A stretch of 64,000 nucleotides of DNA from Eubacteriales bacterium (GTDB lineage: Bacteria > Bacillota > Clostridia > Oscillospirales > SIG627), in contig JAZREJ010000039.1 in assembly GCA_045660745.1 (NCBI GenBank), forward strand, positions 515 through 64,514. Reading direction: 5' to 3'. The position numbers and the translations under genes were made by a program. The notes under the pieces are model-generated. The model ran no database searches. It was not told the origin of the DNA and saw nothing but the letters and a program-made list of their open reading frames with translations. Shown here piece after piece: positions 1 to 10,400 of this stretch. Numbering within the stretch: position 1 is the first letter of the stretch; each line of letters begins with the position of its first letter.

Positions 1-833
1 ACAAAGCCCGCATCCTTGCCCTTGATTGGAGTAACGTCATAGAGCCAGTTCTTAATCTGCTTGGAGAAGTCTGTGCCGAGGAAGCGAGCGCGCTTCATTT
101 CAGAACGGAAGTCCTCAACGGTTGTGGTAAGGATACCACCTTCACCGAAGGAGGTCATGTTCTTAACCTCGTGGAAGGAGTAAGCACCGAAGTGACCGAT
201 GGTACCGAGTTTCTTACCCTTGTACTCACCACCGAAGCCATGTGCGGCATCCTCAAGAACGATGAGATTATGCTTCTCTGCAAGCTCCATAATGGGGTCC
301 ATATCAACGGGATAACCGCCAATATGTACGGGAACTATCATCTTTGTCTTATCGGTAATCTTCTTTTCAACGTCACGGGGATCCATGTTGATGGTCACGG
401 GGTCAACGTCAGCAAATACTATCTTACATCCGATAGAAAGAGGATATGCCATGGTAGCAGCAAAGGTGATTGCGGGAACAATTACCTCATCCCCTGCCTT
501 GAGCCCTGCATACTTACAAGCAATTTCAAAGCCTGCGGTACAGTTTGTGAGGAACACGCATCCTTCTGTATTAAGGAATTCATCGCACATTTCCTCCGCC
601 TTCTGTACTTCAACGTCAAGAGAGAGCTTTGCGGGAGGAGCGGACACCTTATCAAGTGCGAAAATCTCCTTTTCAACAGCCTTGAGTGCATCCTCATAAT
701 CCTTGCCTGTGCCCTTCATCATGAACTTAACGATAGCCATCAAGTCCTCTGCGTTGTAGTTTTCACCAACGGCAGCCCACGGCACCTTAGTCTCACCTGT
801 GTTATAACGAAAATCCGATGCTTTCTTTTTCAT
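1..833 (-). CDS. DegT/DnrJ/EryC1/StrS-family PLP-dependent aminotransferase (N-terminal ~277 aa; C-terminus lies left of the window)
   Basis: Absent from the ORF track because it runs off the edge. My translation from ATG 833-831 (GGAGGTAAAG just upstream) gives MKKKASDFRYNTGE...CTAGFEIACKYAGLKAGDEVIVPAITFAATMAYP...VHIGGYPVDMDPIMELAEKHNLIVLEDAAHGFGG...GAYSFHEVKNMTSFGEGG. The GDEVIxPxxTF, DAAH and SFHxxKxxT (PLP lysine) blocks are family signatures. ORF 171..866 + is its antisense shadow. Confidence 0.85.
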   Translation of the reverse strand, partial: MKKKASDFRYNTGETKVPWAAVGENYNAEDLMAIVKFMMKGTGKDYEDALKAVEKEIFALDKVSAPPAKLSLDVEVQKAEEMCDEFLNTEGCVFLTNCTAGFEIACKYAGLKAGDEVIVPAITFAATMAYPLSIGCKIVFADVDPVTINMDPRDVEKKITDKTKMIVPVHIGGYPVDMDPIMELAEKHNLIVLEDAAHGFGGEYKGKKLGTIGHFGAYSFHEVKNMTSFGEGGILTTTVEDFRSEMKRARFLGTDFSKQIKNWLYDVTPIKGKDAGF

Positions 834-902
834 TATCTTTACCTCCAAAATATATTTTTCATTTAATTTTGTTTAATTTGCAATAATTCAAATCTATTTT
901 AT

Positions 903-931
903 ATTATACATAACTTCTCCCGAGTTGGCAA
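903..931 (-). promoter_or_regulatory. sigma-A-type promoter of the aminotransferase gene
   Basis: Minus strand reads TTGCCA (931-926), 17 nt, TATAAT (908-903), about 70 nt upstream of the ATG at 833. Confidence 0.5.
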
Positions 932-941
932 TATCATTTTC

Positions 942-985
942 GTAAAAATGTACATTTTTACATAAAAAGGTGTTATTTTTACATA
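942..985. promoter_or_regulatory. candidate operator: perfect 20-bp palindrome plus a third half-site
   Basis: GTAAAAATGTACATTTTTAC (942-961) is its own reverse complement. The 11-mer ATTTTTACATA occurs at 954-964 and again at 975-985, 21 bp apart. It lies in the divergent intergenic region just upstream of the -35 at 926-931. Confidence 0.4.
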
Positions 986-1190
986 TTTGGAAAAATCCAA
1001 TATCAAAATTTTCTCAATATTCCGAGTTACAATCGCGAATATGTCAATATTTTTAAGATTTAAACCCAATATAATCACTTTTCTTATGGATAGATGGGTA
1101 GTTGTGTGGTAAAATTTTGATATAGACTGAATGAGTCAGTCTCAAAAATATGCTTATTTCTTTTGTAATCATAAACAATCGGAGGTTTTT

Positions 1191-3845
1191 ATGAGCACAC
1201 AAATAAAAAACGGCAAAAACTCATTTATAGTTGAAAGCTCTTACATTTCGTTTGAGGTATCAAAAAAGGATGCGGCTATTTTAAGTGTCGTTGACAAGGC
1301 TACAAACTCAAGCATTAAGCGTGACGAGGAGGTTTCCTTCTTCGAGCTTTCCGACAGAGAAAACAATATTCTCCCCATCAGCGGAGTTGAGCTTGACGGC
1401 AACACGGCTTGTGTCACGAGTGAATACGGATGTGCAAAGGTAACAATTGAAGCATTTGACGATCATTTCATTTTTGAAATAGTCGATGCTGATTTTTCCG
1501 ATAAGGTTGACTCGTTCACCTTTGTAAGAATCGGCTTTGAATACGACCTTGAGGATGCAAATTCCCTCAGAGCGGCTGATATCGCCATGACAATCAGCGC
1601 CAACCCCTGCTTCTACCCCGACGGCTACAGCAAGGAAATCAGAGGCTACGCGGTAGGACGTTTCGGAGGCTTTATCGGAGCAAAGCTTGGTGCTCTCGTT
1701 GTACCTAACGGTGAGCTTCGTGAAAAGCTTAAAGGAATCTGTGAGAAAATCGATCCTCAAAAGGGTATCGTATCAAAGATTGCAGGTCCGTGGGCGCTTG
1801 ACTACAGACCTAACTTTGGTGACTACATCATCGTAGGAGATGCTTCAAAGGAGGCTCTTGAGAGAAACCTTACTCTTTTCAAGGACATTGACGTTGACCA
1901 GATAGACTATCATCAGGGCCCCAACACCTTCCGTCAGGGTGACTTTAAGTACATGATGGGTGAAACACACGAGGAGTTCAAGAAAAACGTTTCTGACGTA
2001 TTGAAGGAAAACGGCATGATGGCAGGTCTTCACACCTATTCCTACTACATTAGGGAAACCTGCTCGGAAGTTCTTTCCGATCCCAAGAACCAAAAAATGC
2101 TTGATACCGAAGAGGAATTTACTCTTGCAGAGGACATCAGCGCAGAAGATATGTTCATTCCTTCCGTTGAACCTACAGACGGGCTTTCAAAGGTATACGG
2201 CTTCTTTGTAAGAAACCTTCCCTTCTGTCTCATCGGCGAAGAAATCATCAGATACCGCAATCATCCTCACGGATTCACGGTTCTTGAAAGAGGTGTTGCG
2301 GGTACAAAGCCTGCATCACACAAGAAGGGTGAGAGAATCTACCACTGTGTAGGATGCTTCGGACTCTTTGCGCCCAAGCCTGATTCCGAGCTTTATGCCG
2401 ATGTTGCACGCTTCACCGCAGAGGCTTACAACAAGGGCGGCTTCGACATGGTTTACCTCGACGCTCTTGACGGAATAAACAGACAGTGCCGTGATGATTT
2501 CGAAGGCGGCGAATGGTACTACTGTGCAAGATTCGTTCACGGAATTCTGAAGCACTGTGACCATGACCCGATAATCGAATACTCCACAATGTACCCCTCT
2601 CTCTGGTCCGCAAGAGCTCGAAGCGGTGCATGGGATAGCCCTACACGTTCATACAAGAGATTCAACATGGCTCACCACAAGGAGCACGCTCTCTTCCGAC
2701 GCCGTCACTATACAGCAACACTCGGTTGGTATTGCTACTACCCTGTAAACGAAGCATATCACACAAATCAGCTCTTCAAGTATCATCACTGGGATGCGAT
2801 TGACCACATGGGCACGCTTGCCATCATGTACAACTACTCCACAGTATACAACGACATATCAAAGAAAAAGCTTGAGCAGTATCCCGGCTACCGCCGTAAC
2901 GTTGAGCTTTACAAGAAATACAACGCACTTCGTAAAACAGGCTACTTCAAGGAATCGACTCTTGAAAAGCTCCGCGCATCGAAGCATGAGTTCAAGCTTG
3001 TTGACAAGGGCAACGGCAAGTGGTGCTTTGTTGAAAAGAACTATGACGTAAAGAAGCTTTACGATATTCAAACGCCTGAGCGTGCAGTTGCAGAATTCAA
3101 CAACCCCTTCAAGGCTCAAAAACCGTTTATCAGAATAGAGTCCTCCATATCCTCTCTCGGACAATTCCCCATGATGCTTCTCCCTCTCGACGAAAGCCGT
3201 CCTGTTTCCGAGCAGCTTAAAGTTCACGAATTTGGAGGAGAGGTTAACGTAACAAATAACATGGCACTCAAGGTGCGTGTAAAGGGTAACGGCAAGAAGG
3301 GTACCGTTTCCATCAAGACCCGTTTTGCTACAAACGGACCGGCAAGAGGATATGCACTTTATCTTATCGACACCGACTTCAAGGGATGGCGCGACTTTGT
3401 TCTCTTTGAGACCGACAACGGAACACGCGACGGACTCAAGGCGGAGGATGGCGAGCATCTTTGGAGAATCTATCGCAACCCCATTTACACAAACCGTCTC
3501 GTATCAGTTGAGCTTTATGGTGATGGCGATATTGAAGGCGTTCAGATGTCCTCAATTACCGCTTGCCGTCACACCTATGACGTAATCAAGAACCCCAAGG
3601 TAAAGGTTGGAGACGAAGAAATCATGTTTGAATGTGAGCTTCAGTCTACCGATTTTATCGAATGGGATGGCGAAAAAGCAGTTGTTCTCGACCGTTACGC
3701 TAACGAAAAACCCATCTGGTTCACAGGAAGCATTACTGTTCCGAAGGGCAAGTTCAAGGCAGAGCTTTCTGTTGCTTCCAGCCTTAATAACTGTCCCGTT
3801 AACGCTACCCTTACGTTCGGTACTACAGGAAAAGAAGTTAAATAA
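1191..3845 (+). CDS. hypothetical 884-aa protein, possibly glycoside-hydrolase-like (function unknown)
   Basis: ORF track gives 1131..3845. I prefer ATG 1191 (MSTQIKNG...) because GGAGG lies 5 nt upstream. No signal peptide. The central part (DQIDYHQGPNTFRQGDF, GLHTYSYY, GGFDMVYLDALDG) is reminiscent of a (beta/alpha)8 hydrolase barrel and the C-terminal third looks beta-sandwich-like. I cannot name a family. Confidence 0.7.
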   Translation: MSTQIKNGKNSFIVESSYISFEVSKKDAAILSVVDKATNSSIKRDEEVSFFELSDRENNILPISGVELDGNTACVTSEYGCAKVTIEAFDDHFIFEIVDADFSDKVDSFTFVRIGFEYDLEDANSLRAADIAMTISANPCFYPDGYSKEIRGYAVGRFGGFIGAKLGALVVPNGELREKLKGICEKIDPQKGIVSKIAGPWALDYRPNFGDYIIVGDASKEALERNLTLFKDIDVDQIDYHQGPNTFRQGDFKYMMGETHEEFKKNVSDVLKENGMMAGLHTYSYYIRETCSEVLSDPKNQKMLDTEEEFTLAEDISAEDMFIPSVEPTDGLSKVYGFFVRNLPFCLIGEEIIRYRNHPHGFTVLERGVAGTKPASHKKGERIYHCVGCFGLFAPKPDSELYADVARFTAEAYNKGGFDMVYLDALDGINRQCRDDFEGGEWYYCARFVHGILKHCDHDPIIEYSTMYPSLWSARARSGAWDSPTRSYKRFNMAHHKEHALFRRRHYTATLGWYCYYPVNEAYHTNQLFKYHHWDAIDHMGTLAIMYNYSTVYNDISKKKLEQYPGYRRNVELYKKYNALRKTGYFKESTLEKLRASKHEFKLVDKGNGKWCFVEKNYDVKKLYDIQTPERAVAEFNNPFKAQKPFIRIESSISSLGQFPMMLLPLDESRPVSEQLKVHEFGGEVNVTNNMALKVRVKGNGKKGTVSIKTRFATNGPARGYALYLIDTDFKGWRDFVLFETDNGTRDGLKAEDGEHLWRIYRNPIYTNRLVSVELYGDGDIEGVQMSSITACRHTYDVIKNPKVKVGDEEIMFECELQSTDFIEWDGEKAVVLDRYANEKPIWFTGSITVPKGKFKAELSVASSLNNCPVNATLTFGTTGKEVK

Positions 3846-3850
3846 CAATA

Positions 3851-3891
3851 AAAAGACTGCGAAATCTCTTTTGAGACTTCGCAGTCTTTTT
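3851..3891. terminator. bidirectional rho-independent terminator
   Basis: AAAAAGACTGCGAAATCTC-TTTT-GAGACTTCGCAGTCTTTTT: a long stem with an A-run before and a T-run after. It lies between convergent genes and overlaps the AraC stop at 3890. Confidence 0.75.
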
Positions 3892-4699
3892 AACTGTCGC
3901 TATTCTTTTCGCTCCACTTTTTAGGAGACACCCCGTATTCCTTCTTAAAGCATTTTGAAAAATACGGCGCTTCCTTATATCCGCAAAGCTCTGCAAGATC
4001 ACCAACGTTGGTTATTCCGCTTTCTATAAGACTTATCGCATATCCGAGTCTTTTATTCTTTAAATATTCCGAAAAGCTTATTCTTACCATCTTCTTAAAG
4101 GCATCCGAAAAATATTTTGAATTATACGAAAACTTTTGACTCACCGTCTTCAAATTAAGCTCACTGTCGGTATAATTTGCATCAATATATTGTTTTGCCA
4201 GTAATATATTATTCGTCTTGACAGAGTGTGTTTCTTCTGAATTATCGCGACACAAAAAGCCAAAGGTATGAAGTATCAGCCCCTCACAAAAAAGGTCTAT
4301 ATTCTTATCGTTTGATATTGAAAGAACCCCTTCCCAGATATCTGTCAGGAATTCATATCCGTGGAAAACGGGTGAGGTATATACAATTTTCAATCTCTGC
4401 ATCAATACCTGCGCCCGAAGTCCTGTAAAGGTTATATAAATGTATTTAAGCCCGTGTATATTTTCTATATAATACGCCTTTGCGGGAAAGGTGATAAACA
4501 AATCGCCTTTTGCTATTTCAAAATTCCCCGCATATGTATGCAGTATCCCCTTGCCGTCTGTTACAAGCGCAAGAGCGTAAGTCGAGGGAAAAATATATTC
4601 CTGCTTGAAATCCGCTTCCTTTTCATAGACAAGATTTATAATATTAATGCTTTCATCGTATTTTTTCGTTGTAATAAACCTACAAATGTTTTCGTCCAT
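3890..4699 (-). CDS. AraC-family transcriptional regulator (cupin-like N-domain plus C-terminal HTH)
   Basis: The C-terminus LLAKQYIDANYTDSELNLKTVSQKFSYNSKYFSDAFKKMVRISFSEYLKNKRLGYAISLI...GYKEAPYFSKCFKKEYGVSPKKW is a typical double-HTH AraC block. SD GAGGTG precedes the ATG. Confidence 0.9.
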   Translation of the reverse strand: MDENICRFITTKKYDESINIINLVYEKEADFKQEYIFPSTYALALVTDGKGILHTYAGNFEIAKGDLFITFPAKAYYIENIHGLKYIYITFTGLRAQVLMQRLKIVYTSPVFHGYEFLTDIWEGVLSISNDKNIDLFCEGLILHTFGFLCRDNSEETHSVKTNNILLAKQYIDANYTDSELNLKTVSQKFSYNSKYFSDAFKKMVRISFSEYLKNKRLGYAISLIESGITNVGDLAELCGYKEAPYFSKCFKKEYGVSPKKWSEKNSDS

Positions 4700-4836
4700 A
4701 TCAACACCTCGACTTTACTATACCACACGCAGCCGGTGTTTTCAACACAAATATGGATATTTTCTATGTTTTCAAGGAATTTTCACATTTATTTTTCGAA
4801 AATGCGTTGTATAATGTAATAAAAGGAGATGATAGA

Positions 4837-6075
4837 ATGAAAAATCCGATAAGAGTCGGTCTTTTGGGAGTCGGCAGAGGAAGTATACTCTGGAAATACT
4901 GCAAAGAGGCAACAAACGCAAAGCTCGTCGCGATTTGTGACAAGTGGGAGCAAGGACTTGAAAATGCAAAAAAGAAAATAGAAGATGATTCCATTACATA
5001 TTACACCGATTTTGAAAAATTCATAAAGCATGATATGGATGCTGTATTTCTCGCAAATTATGCAACCGAGCACGCACCGTTTGCAATAAAGGCAATGCGC
5101 GAAGGCAAGCACGTTATAAGCGAGGTTTTACCGGTGCAAACAATGGCAGAAGCAGTTGAGCTTATTGAATGCTGCGAGGAAACCGGCAAAAAGTATTGCT
5201 ATGCCGAAAACTACTGCTATATGGTCGGCCCGTACGAAATGAAAAAGCGCTATTTTAAAGGCGACCTGGGTGAGTTTGAATACGGCGAGGGCGAATATAT
5301 GCACAACTGTGAGCCCATATGGTCCACAATCACTCAAGGCAATCCACGTCACTGGCGCAACAATATGAGCGCCTTCTATTACTGTACCCACTCAGCAGGT
5401 CCGCTTCTGCATATTACGGGACTTCGCCCGATTAAGGTGGTGGGAGTCGAGGGTGCGTTCAATCCCCGTATGGCAAGAATGGGAGCGAAGGCGGGAAATA
5501 TGGCAATCGAGCTTGCCACACTTGAAAACGGTGCTGTAATAAAGAGCATTCATGGTATAGGTCCATCAAAGGATTCTATCTGGTATTCGATTTACGGCTC
5601 TAAGGGAAGGCTTGAGACAGCCAGAGAGGATGCAAAATGCGGCAACACTGTTTACGCAAACCTTGACGAGGTTGAAGGCATTACAAAAAACGAGGTTGAT
5701 GCGTATGTTCCCGTCAACGACTTTGAGGACAAAATCAAATCCTTCGGTCACGGAGGCAGTGACTATATTTGTCTTTGGAACGCCTTTGAGCACTTGCTCG
5801 GTCACGTTGCCGATACGATTAGCGTTTATGAAGCGCTTGATATGTGGATGATAGGCTTCTTTGGATATCTGTCCGTGTTGAACGGCGGAGCACCTCAGGA
5901 AATACCGAATCTCAGATTAAAAGAAGTACGCGATGCCTTCAGACACGACCTTCGCTGTACCACCCCTGAGGTAGCGGGAGATATGCTTCTTCCCTCTTAC
6001 TCAAAGGGAAATCCCCACATAGATTCCGCAATTTATGAGAAAACACGAAAGAAATGGGAAGAAGACAATAAATAA
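4837..6075 (+). CDS. Gfo/Idh/MocA-family NAD(P)-dependent oxidoreductase
   Basis: ORF track starts at 4753. ATG 4837 (MKNPIRVGLLGVGRGS, Rossmann GxGxxG) follows AAAGGAG. The motif HVISEVLP...AENYCY is typical of the family. Confidence 0.85.
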   Translation: MKNPIRVGLLGVGRGSILWKYCKEATNAKLVAICDKWEQGLENAKKKIEDDSITYYTDFEKFIKHDMDAVFLANYATEHAPFAIKAMREGKHVISEVLPVQTMAEAVELIECCEETGKKYCYAENYCYMVGPYEMKKRYFKGDLGEFEYGEGEYMHNCEPIWSTITQGNPRHWRNNMSAFYYCTHSAGPLLHITGLRPIKVVGVEGAFNPRMARMGAKAGNMAIELATLENGAVIKSIHGIGPSKDSIWYSIYGSKGRLETAREDAKCGNTVYANLDEVEGITKNEVDAYVPVNDFEDKIKSFGHGGSDYICLWNAFEHLLGHVADTISVYEALDMWMIGFFGYLSVLNGGAPQEIPNLRLKEVRDAFRHDLRCTTPEVAGDMLLPSYSKGNPHIDSAIYEKTRKKWEEDNK

Positions 6076-6087
6076 GAGGTTATTTTC

Positions 6088-6615
6088 ATGAAGCAATTGG
6101 TAATGAATTGGTATAACGATGGAACAAAAGGCACTTTCCCGTCGCTCAACGATGGGGTTGAAGTAAAAACTATCCGCGAAATTGAAAACGGCGTTGAGCT
6201 CTGGCTGGATATCGCAAGATACATCTGGGCAGGAGATCCCATTCCCGAAACGATATTCACAAAGAATATGACTAATTATCCGAATTTCGACGAAAATATG
6301 TGCTATTTTCTCATCAAAGACGGTGTACCTGCTGCAACCTTTACGGTGATATGTGACTACGAGAAGAAAAGAGGGTATATTCATATGGTAGCCTGCAAGC
6401 CTGAATTCAGAGGTTTAGGGTTTGGCAATTTGATGAATAATATCATGGTTTTTGTTCTGAAAAGAGAAGGAATGGAATCTGCATATCTGACAACCGACGA
6501 TTTCCGAATCCCTGCAATAAAGAGTTATCTTAAAGCAGGACTTGTGCCAGACCTTGAAACCGAGCCCGATTTCAAAGAAAGATGGGATAAAGTATACGCC
6601 GAGATTAACAAATAA
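6088..6615 (+). CDS. GNAT-family N-acetyltransferase
   Basis: 175 aa with the acetyl-CoA motif VACKPEFRGLGFGNLMNNIM. It starts 12 nt after the oxidoreductase stop, with an AGAGG SD. Confidence 0.8.
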   Translation: MKQLVMNWYNDGTKGTFPSLNDGVEVKTIREIENGVELWLDIARYIWAGDPIPETIFTKNMTNYPNFDENMCYFLIKDGVPAATFTVICDYEKKRGYIHMVACKPEFRGLGFGNLMNNIMVFVLKREGMESAYLTTDDFRIPAIKSYLKAGLVPDLETEPDFKERWDKVYAEINK

Positions 6616-6631
6616 AACAACGTTTATATAT

Positions 6632-6670
6632 AAAAAGAGAGTTCATCGCTTTGATGAACTCTAATTTTTT
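6632..6670. terminator. bidirectional rho-independent terminator
   Basis: AAAAAGAGAGTTCATC-GCTTT-GATGAACTCTAATTTTTT between convergent genes. Confidence 0.7.
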
Positions 6671-7400
6671 ACATTACATCAACTATTATATTGTAAACTA
6701 TCGGAACAAGTATTGCAGGAAGAAGGTTTCCTGTCTTGAACTTCTTTCCAAAGCCTAGGTTGATACCTATGCAGAATATGAGAATCGAACCGACGTAGCT
6801 CATATCAGATATCATGGCATCCGTGAGGTAAGGCTCTATAAACTTTGCAGAAACTGTAATTGCACCCTGGTATATTGCCATGGGAATTACCGCAAAGAGT
6901 GCGCCGATGCCGAGAGTGGAGGCAAAGATAACTCCTATAACGCAGTCGAGAATGGACTTTGCATAAAGCGTTGAAGCATCCCCTGAGATACCGTCGTTAA
7001 GGGAGCCTACAATCGCCATAGCACCGACACATATAACGAGGGTATTCGTCACAAAGCCCTCAACAAACTTGGAATTCGAGTCCCCTGATTTTACGCATTT
7101 TTTTAGTTTTTCGCCAAGAGAGTCAAGTCTGTCCTCTATCCTCAAAGCCTCTCCGATAATAGCGCCTATAACGAGGCTGAATATCATGAGCATGGTGCCC
7201 TGAGTCTCAAGCTTCCCTTCCGCAGTAATCTTCAAAAGTCCCGTAAGAGCACCCGACAGTCCGATAAACATTGTAGAAAGTCCGAGCGCTTTTTTTATCA
7301 TATCCTCAAATCGGGGAGCGACTCCTTTTTTTATAAAAAGTCCAACCGTACACCCTACAATAACGGCGGCACAGTTGACTATTGTACCAAGTCCTATCAT
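6669..7400 (-). CDS. DUF554 (YqgA-like) integral membrane protein
   Basis: The ORF-track start at 7499 overlaps ileS. ATG 7400 (MIGLGTIVNCAAVIVGCTVGLFIKKG...) is preceded by AGGAGA. The protein is multi-pass hydrophobic and resembles the YqgA/DUF554 family. Confidence 0.75.
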   Translation of the reverse strand: MIGLGTIVNCAAVIVGCTVGLFIKKGVAPRFEDMIKKALGLSTMFIGLSGALTGLLKITAEGKLETQGTMLMIFSLVIGAIIGEALRIEDRLDSLGEKLKKCVKSGDSNSKFVEGFVTNTLVICVGAMAIVGSLNDGISGDASTLYAKSILDCVIGVIFASTLGIGALFAVIPMAIYQGAITVSAKFIEPYLTDAMISDMSYVGSILIFCIGINLGFGKKFKTGNLLPAILVPIVYNIIVDVM

Positions 7401-7450
7401 ATTTTCTCCTGAAAAGGTTTCCCCACACAGAAGTGTGGGGATTTTCATTT

Positions 7451-10400
7451 TTAAAGCTTCTCTACACTGAGTCGAACAGTCTCGCCGTTGATATCCCATT
7501 CCTTTTCGTAGCCCGAAACAGAATCTGTCGATATCTCGTCAGCAAGTACGTCGGAGGAAATTTCCTCACTGTTGTTAAGGATAGCCTTAGCGATAACATC
7601 GTTTCCTACGCATCCGACACGGATGTGATCAACAACCTCAAAGCCTGCTTCCTTACGCATTGTCTGAAGCTTGCTTACTATCTCTCTTACCATTCCCTCT
7701 TCGATAAGCTCGGGAGTGAGAGCAGTGTCGAGAGTGACTGTCACGCCCTTATCGGAGAACGTATAATATCCTTCCTTCTGCTTAACGTCAATAAGAAGGT
7801 CTTCCTCAAAGAGCTTGATAGTCTCACCATTATTTTCAACGGTAAGCTTGCCTTCAGCATCAAGCTCGCGCTTTGCTGCACTTCCGTCAATATTTGCAAG
7901 CCACTCACGGATAAAGCCAAGGTGCTTTCCATACTTGGGACCTACTGTCTTCAGCTGAGGCTTGAATGAGTAGGAAATGAGTTCTCCTACATCCTCGATG
8001 AATTCAACACCCTTGATATTAAGCTCCTCGCGGATTATATCATAATACTTTTCGTGAGGCACGAATTCGGATTTTACGAACATCTTTGCAAGAGGTTGAC
8101 GGTTCTTCATAGCGGCACCGTTTCTTGCGGCACGACCGTTCTGAACAATGTCAAGCACTGCTTCCATGTTGCGCTCAAGCTCTGCGTCGATGAGAGTTTC
8201 ATCAACTTCAGGGAAGGAGCAAAGGTGCACGCTCTCAGGAGCATTCTTATCAACGTTGCACACGAGGTTTCTGTAAATATCCTCACACATAAAAGGAACC
8301 ATGGGCGAAGATATCTTCGCTACGGTTACAAGAGCTGTATAAAGAGTCAAATAAGCGTTTATCTTATCCTCTTCCATTCCCTGTACCCAATATCTTTCAC
8401 GGCTGCGGCGAACGTACCAGTTGCTCATCTCATCAACAAAGGATTCAAGAGCCTTTGCCGCCTCGGGAATCTTATAGCCCGCAAGATTGTCATCCACCTC
8501 GCGGATGGTAGTATTGAGACGGGAAAGGAGCCACTTATCCATGACCGAAAGCTTGTTTGTGTCAAGGGTATACTTTGTGGGATCAAACTCGTCGATGTTA
8601 GCGTAAAGCACGAAGAATGCGTAGGTATTCCAAAGAGTACCCATGAACTTACGCTGACCCTCGATAACCGCCTTTCCGTGGAAACGGTTAGGAAGCCAGG
8701 GAGCCGAGTTTGTATAGAAGTACCAACGGATAGCATCTGCGCCATAGGTTTCAAGTGCTTCAAACGGGTCTACCGCATTGCCCTTGGACTTGGACATCTT
8801 CTGTCCGTTTTCGTCCTGAACGTGACCGAGAACGATAACGTTCTTATAGGGTGCTTTATTGAAAATAAGAGTGGATATTGCAAGGAGTGAATAGAACCAT
8901 CCTCTTGTCTGGTCAACAGCCTCGGAGATAAAGTCTGCGGGGAACTGTGATTCGAAAAGCTCCTTATTCTCAAATGGATAGTGGTGCTGTGCAAACGGCA
9001 TTGCACCCGAGTCAAACCAACAGTCGATAACTTCGGGTACTCTCTTCATTTCTTTGCCGCACTTGTCACACTTGATGGTAACTTCATCAATGAATGGGCG
9101 GTGAAGCTCAATATTCTCGGGGCAGTTGTCAGACATGGAGCGAAGCTCTTCAACAGAGCCAATGGAGTGCATATGACCACACTCACACTCCCAGATGTTA
9201 AGGGGTGTTCCCCAATATCTGTTACGGCTGATACCCCAGTCCTGAACGTTTTCAAGCCAGTCACCAAATCTACCCTTACCTATGCTTTCGGGAATCCAGT
9301 TGATGGTATTGTTATTCTTTATAAGGTCCTCGCGAACAGCTGTCATCTTGATGAACCAGCTCTCGCGTGCGTAGTAAATGAGAGGAGTATCGCATCTCCA
9401 GCAGAAGGGATAGCTATGCTCGTAGTTAGGAGCTGAGAAGAGGAGTCCTCTTTCACGAAGGTACTTGAGCACCTCGGGGTCAGCGTCCTTACAGAACATT
9501 CCCGCAAAAGGAGTTCTGTCGGTCATACAGCCCTTGGCGTCAACGAGCTGTAATACGGGGAGTCCGTAGCGTGTTCCGACCTTATAGTCATCCTCACCGA
9601 ATGCGGGTGCGATATGAACGACACCTGTACCGTCGCTGAGAGTTACGTAATTGTCGCATACTACAAAGTAGCCCTTGCCCTGAACGTTCGGGATATCGAA
9701 GAGAGGCTCATACTCGCGGTACTCAAGGTCAACACCCTTCATTGTCTCAAGCACTTCAAAGGGAGCGGTGAGAACTGTTTCGGAGAGTGCCTTAGCAAGA
9801 TAATATACCTCACCCTCTTCTGTCTTAACCTTAACGTATTCCTCGTTCGGGTTTACACAAAGAGCGATGTTTGAAGGGAGTGTCCAAGGAGTTGTGGTCC
9901 ATGCAAGGATGAAAGCGTCCTCACCCTTTACACGGAATTTTGCAATAGCGGACTTTTCCTTAACGTCCTTATAGCCCTGAGCAACCTCGTGAGAAGAAAG
10001 AGGAGTACCGCAACGGGGGCAATAAGGTACAATCTTGTGTCCTTTGTAAAGAAGCCCCTTGTCCCAGATCTGCTTGAGTGCCCACCACTCGGACTCGATA
10101 AAGCTATCATGGTAGGTAACGTAAGGATCGTCCATATCAGCCCAGAAGCCAACGGTTGAGGAGAAGTGCTCCCACCTTCCCTTGTACTTCCAAACACTCT
10201 CCTTACACTTTTCGATAAAAGGCTCAAGGCCGTATTCTTCAATCTGCTCCTTGCCGTCAAGACCGAGAAGCTTTTCAACCTCAAGCTCGACAGGAAGACC
10301 GTGTGTATCCCAACCCGCTTTTCTCGGAACGAACTGTCCCTTCATTGTGTGATATCTCGGAATCATATCCTTGATAACACGGGTGAGAACGTGACCGATG

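Noticed and set aside
171-866. 231-aa plus-strand ORF at the left edge
   Set aside because: It is the antisense shadow of the DegT-family aminotransferase, which I translated from the minus strand. The plus-strand product has no SD and a Cys/His-rich nonsense composition.
1131-1190. N-terminal extensions proposed by the ORF track (also 4753, 7499, 10633, 11910, 14126, 15316, 16303, 28983, 34388, 37368, 46880, 60570, 62086)
   Set aside because: In each case an internal ATG preceded by a GGAGG-type SD at 5-10 nt gives a protein that starts at the conserved N-terminus or signal peptide. The longer versions overlap upstream genes, terminators or promoters.
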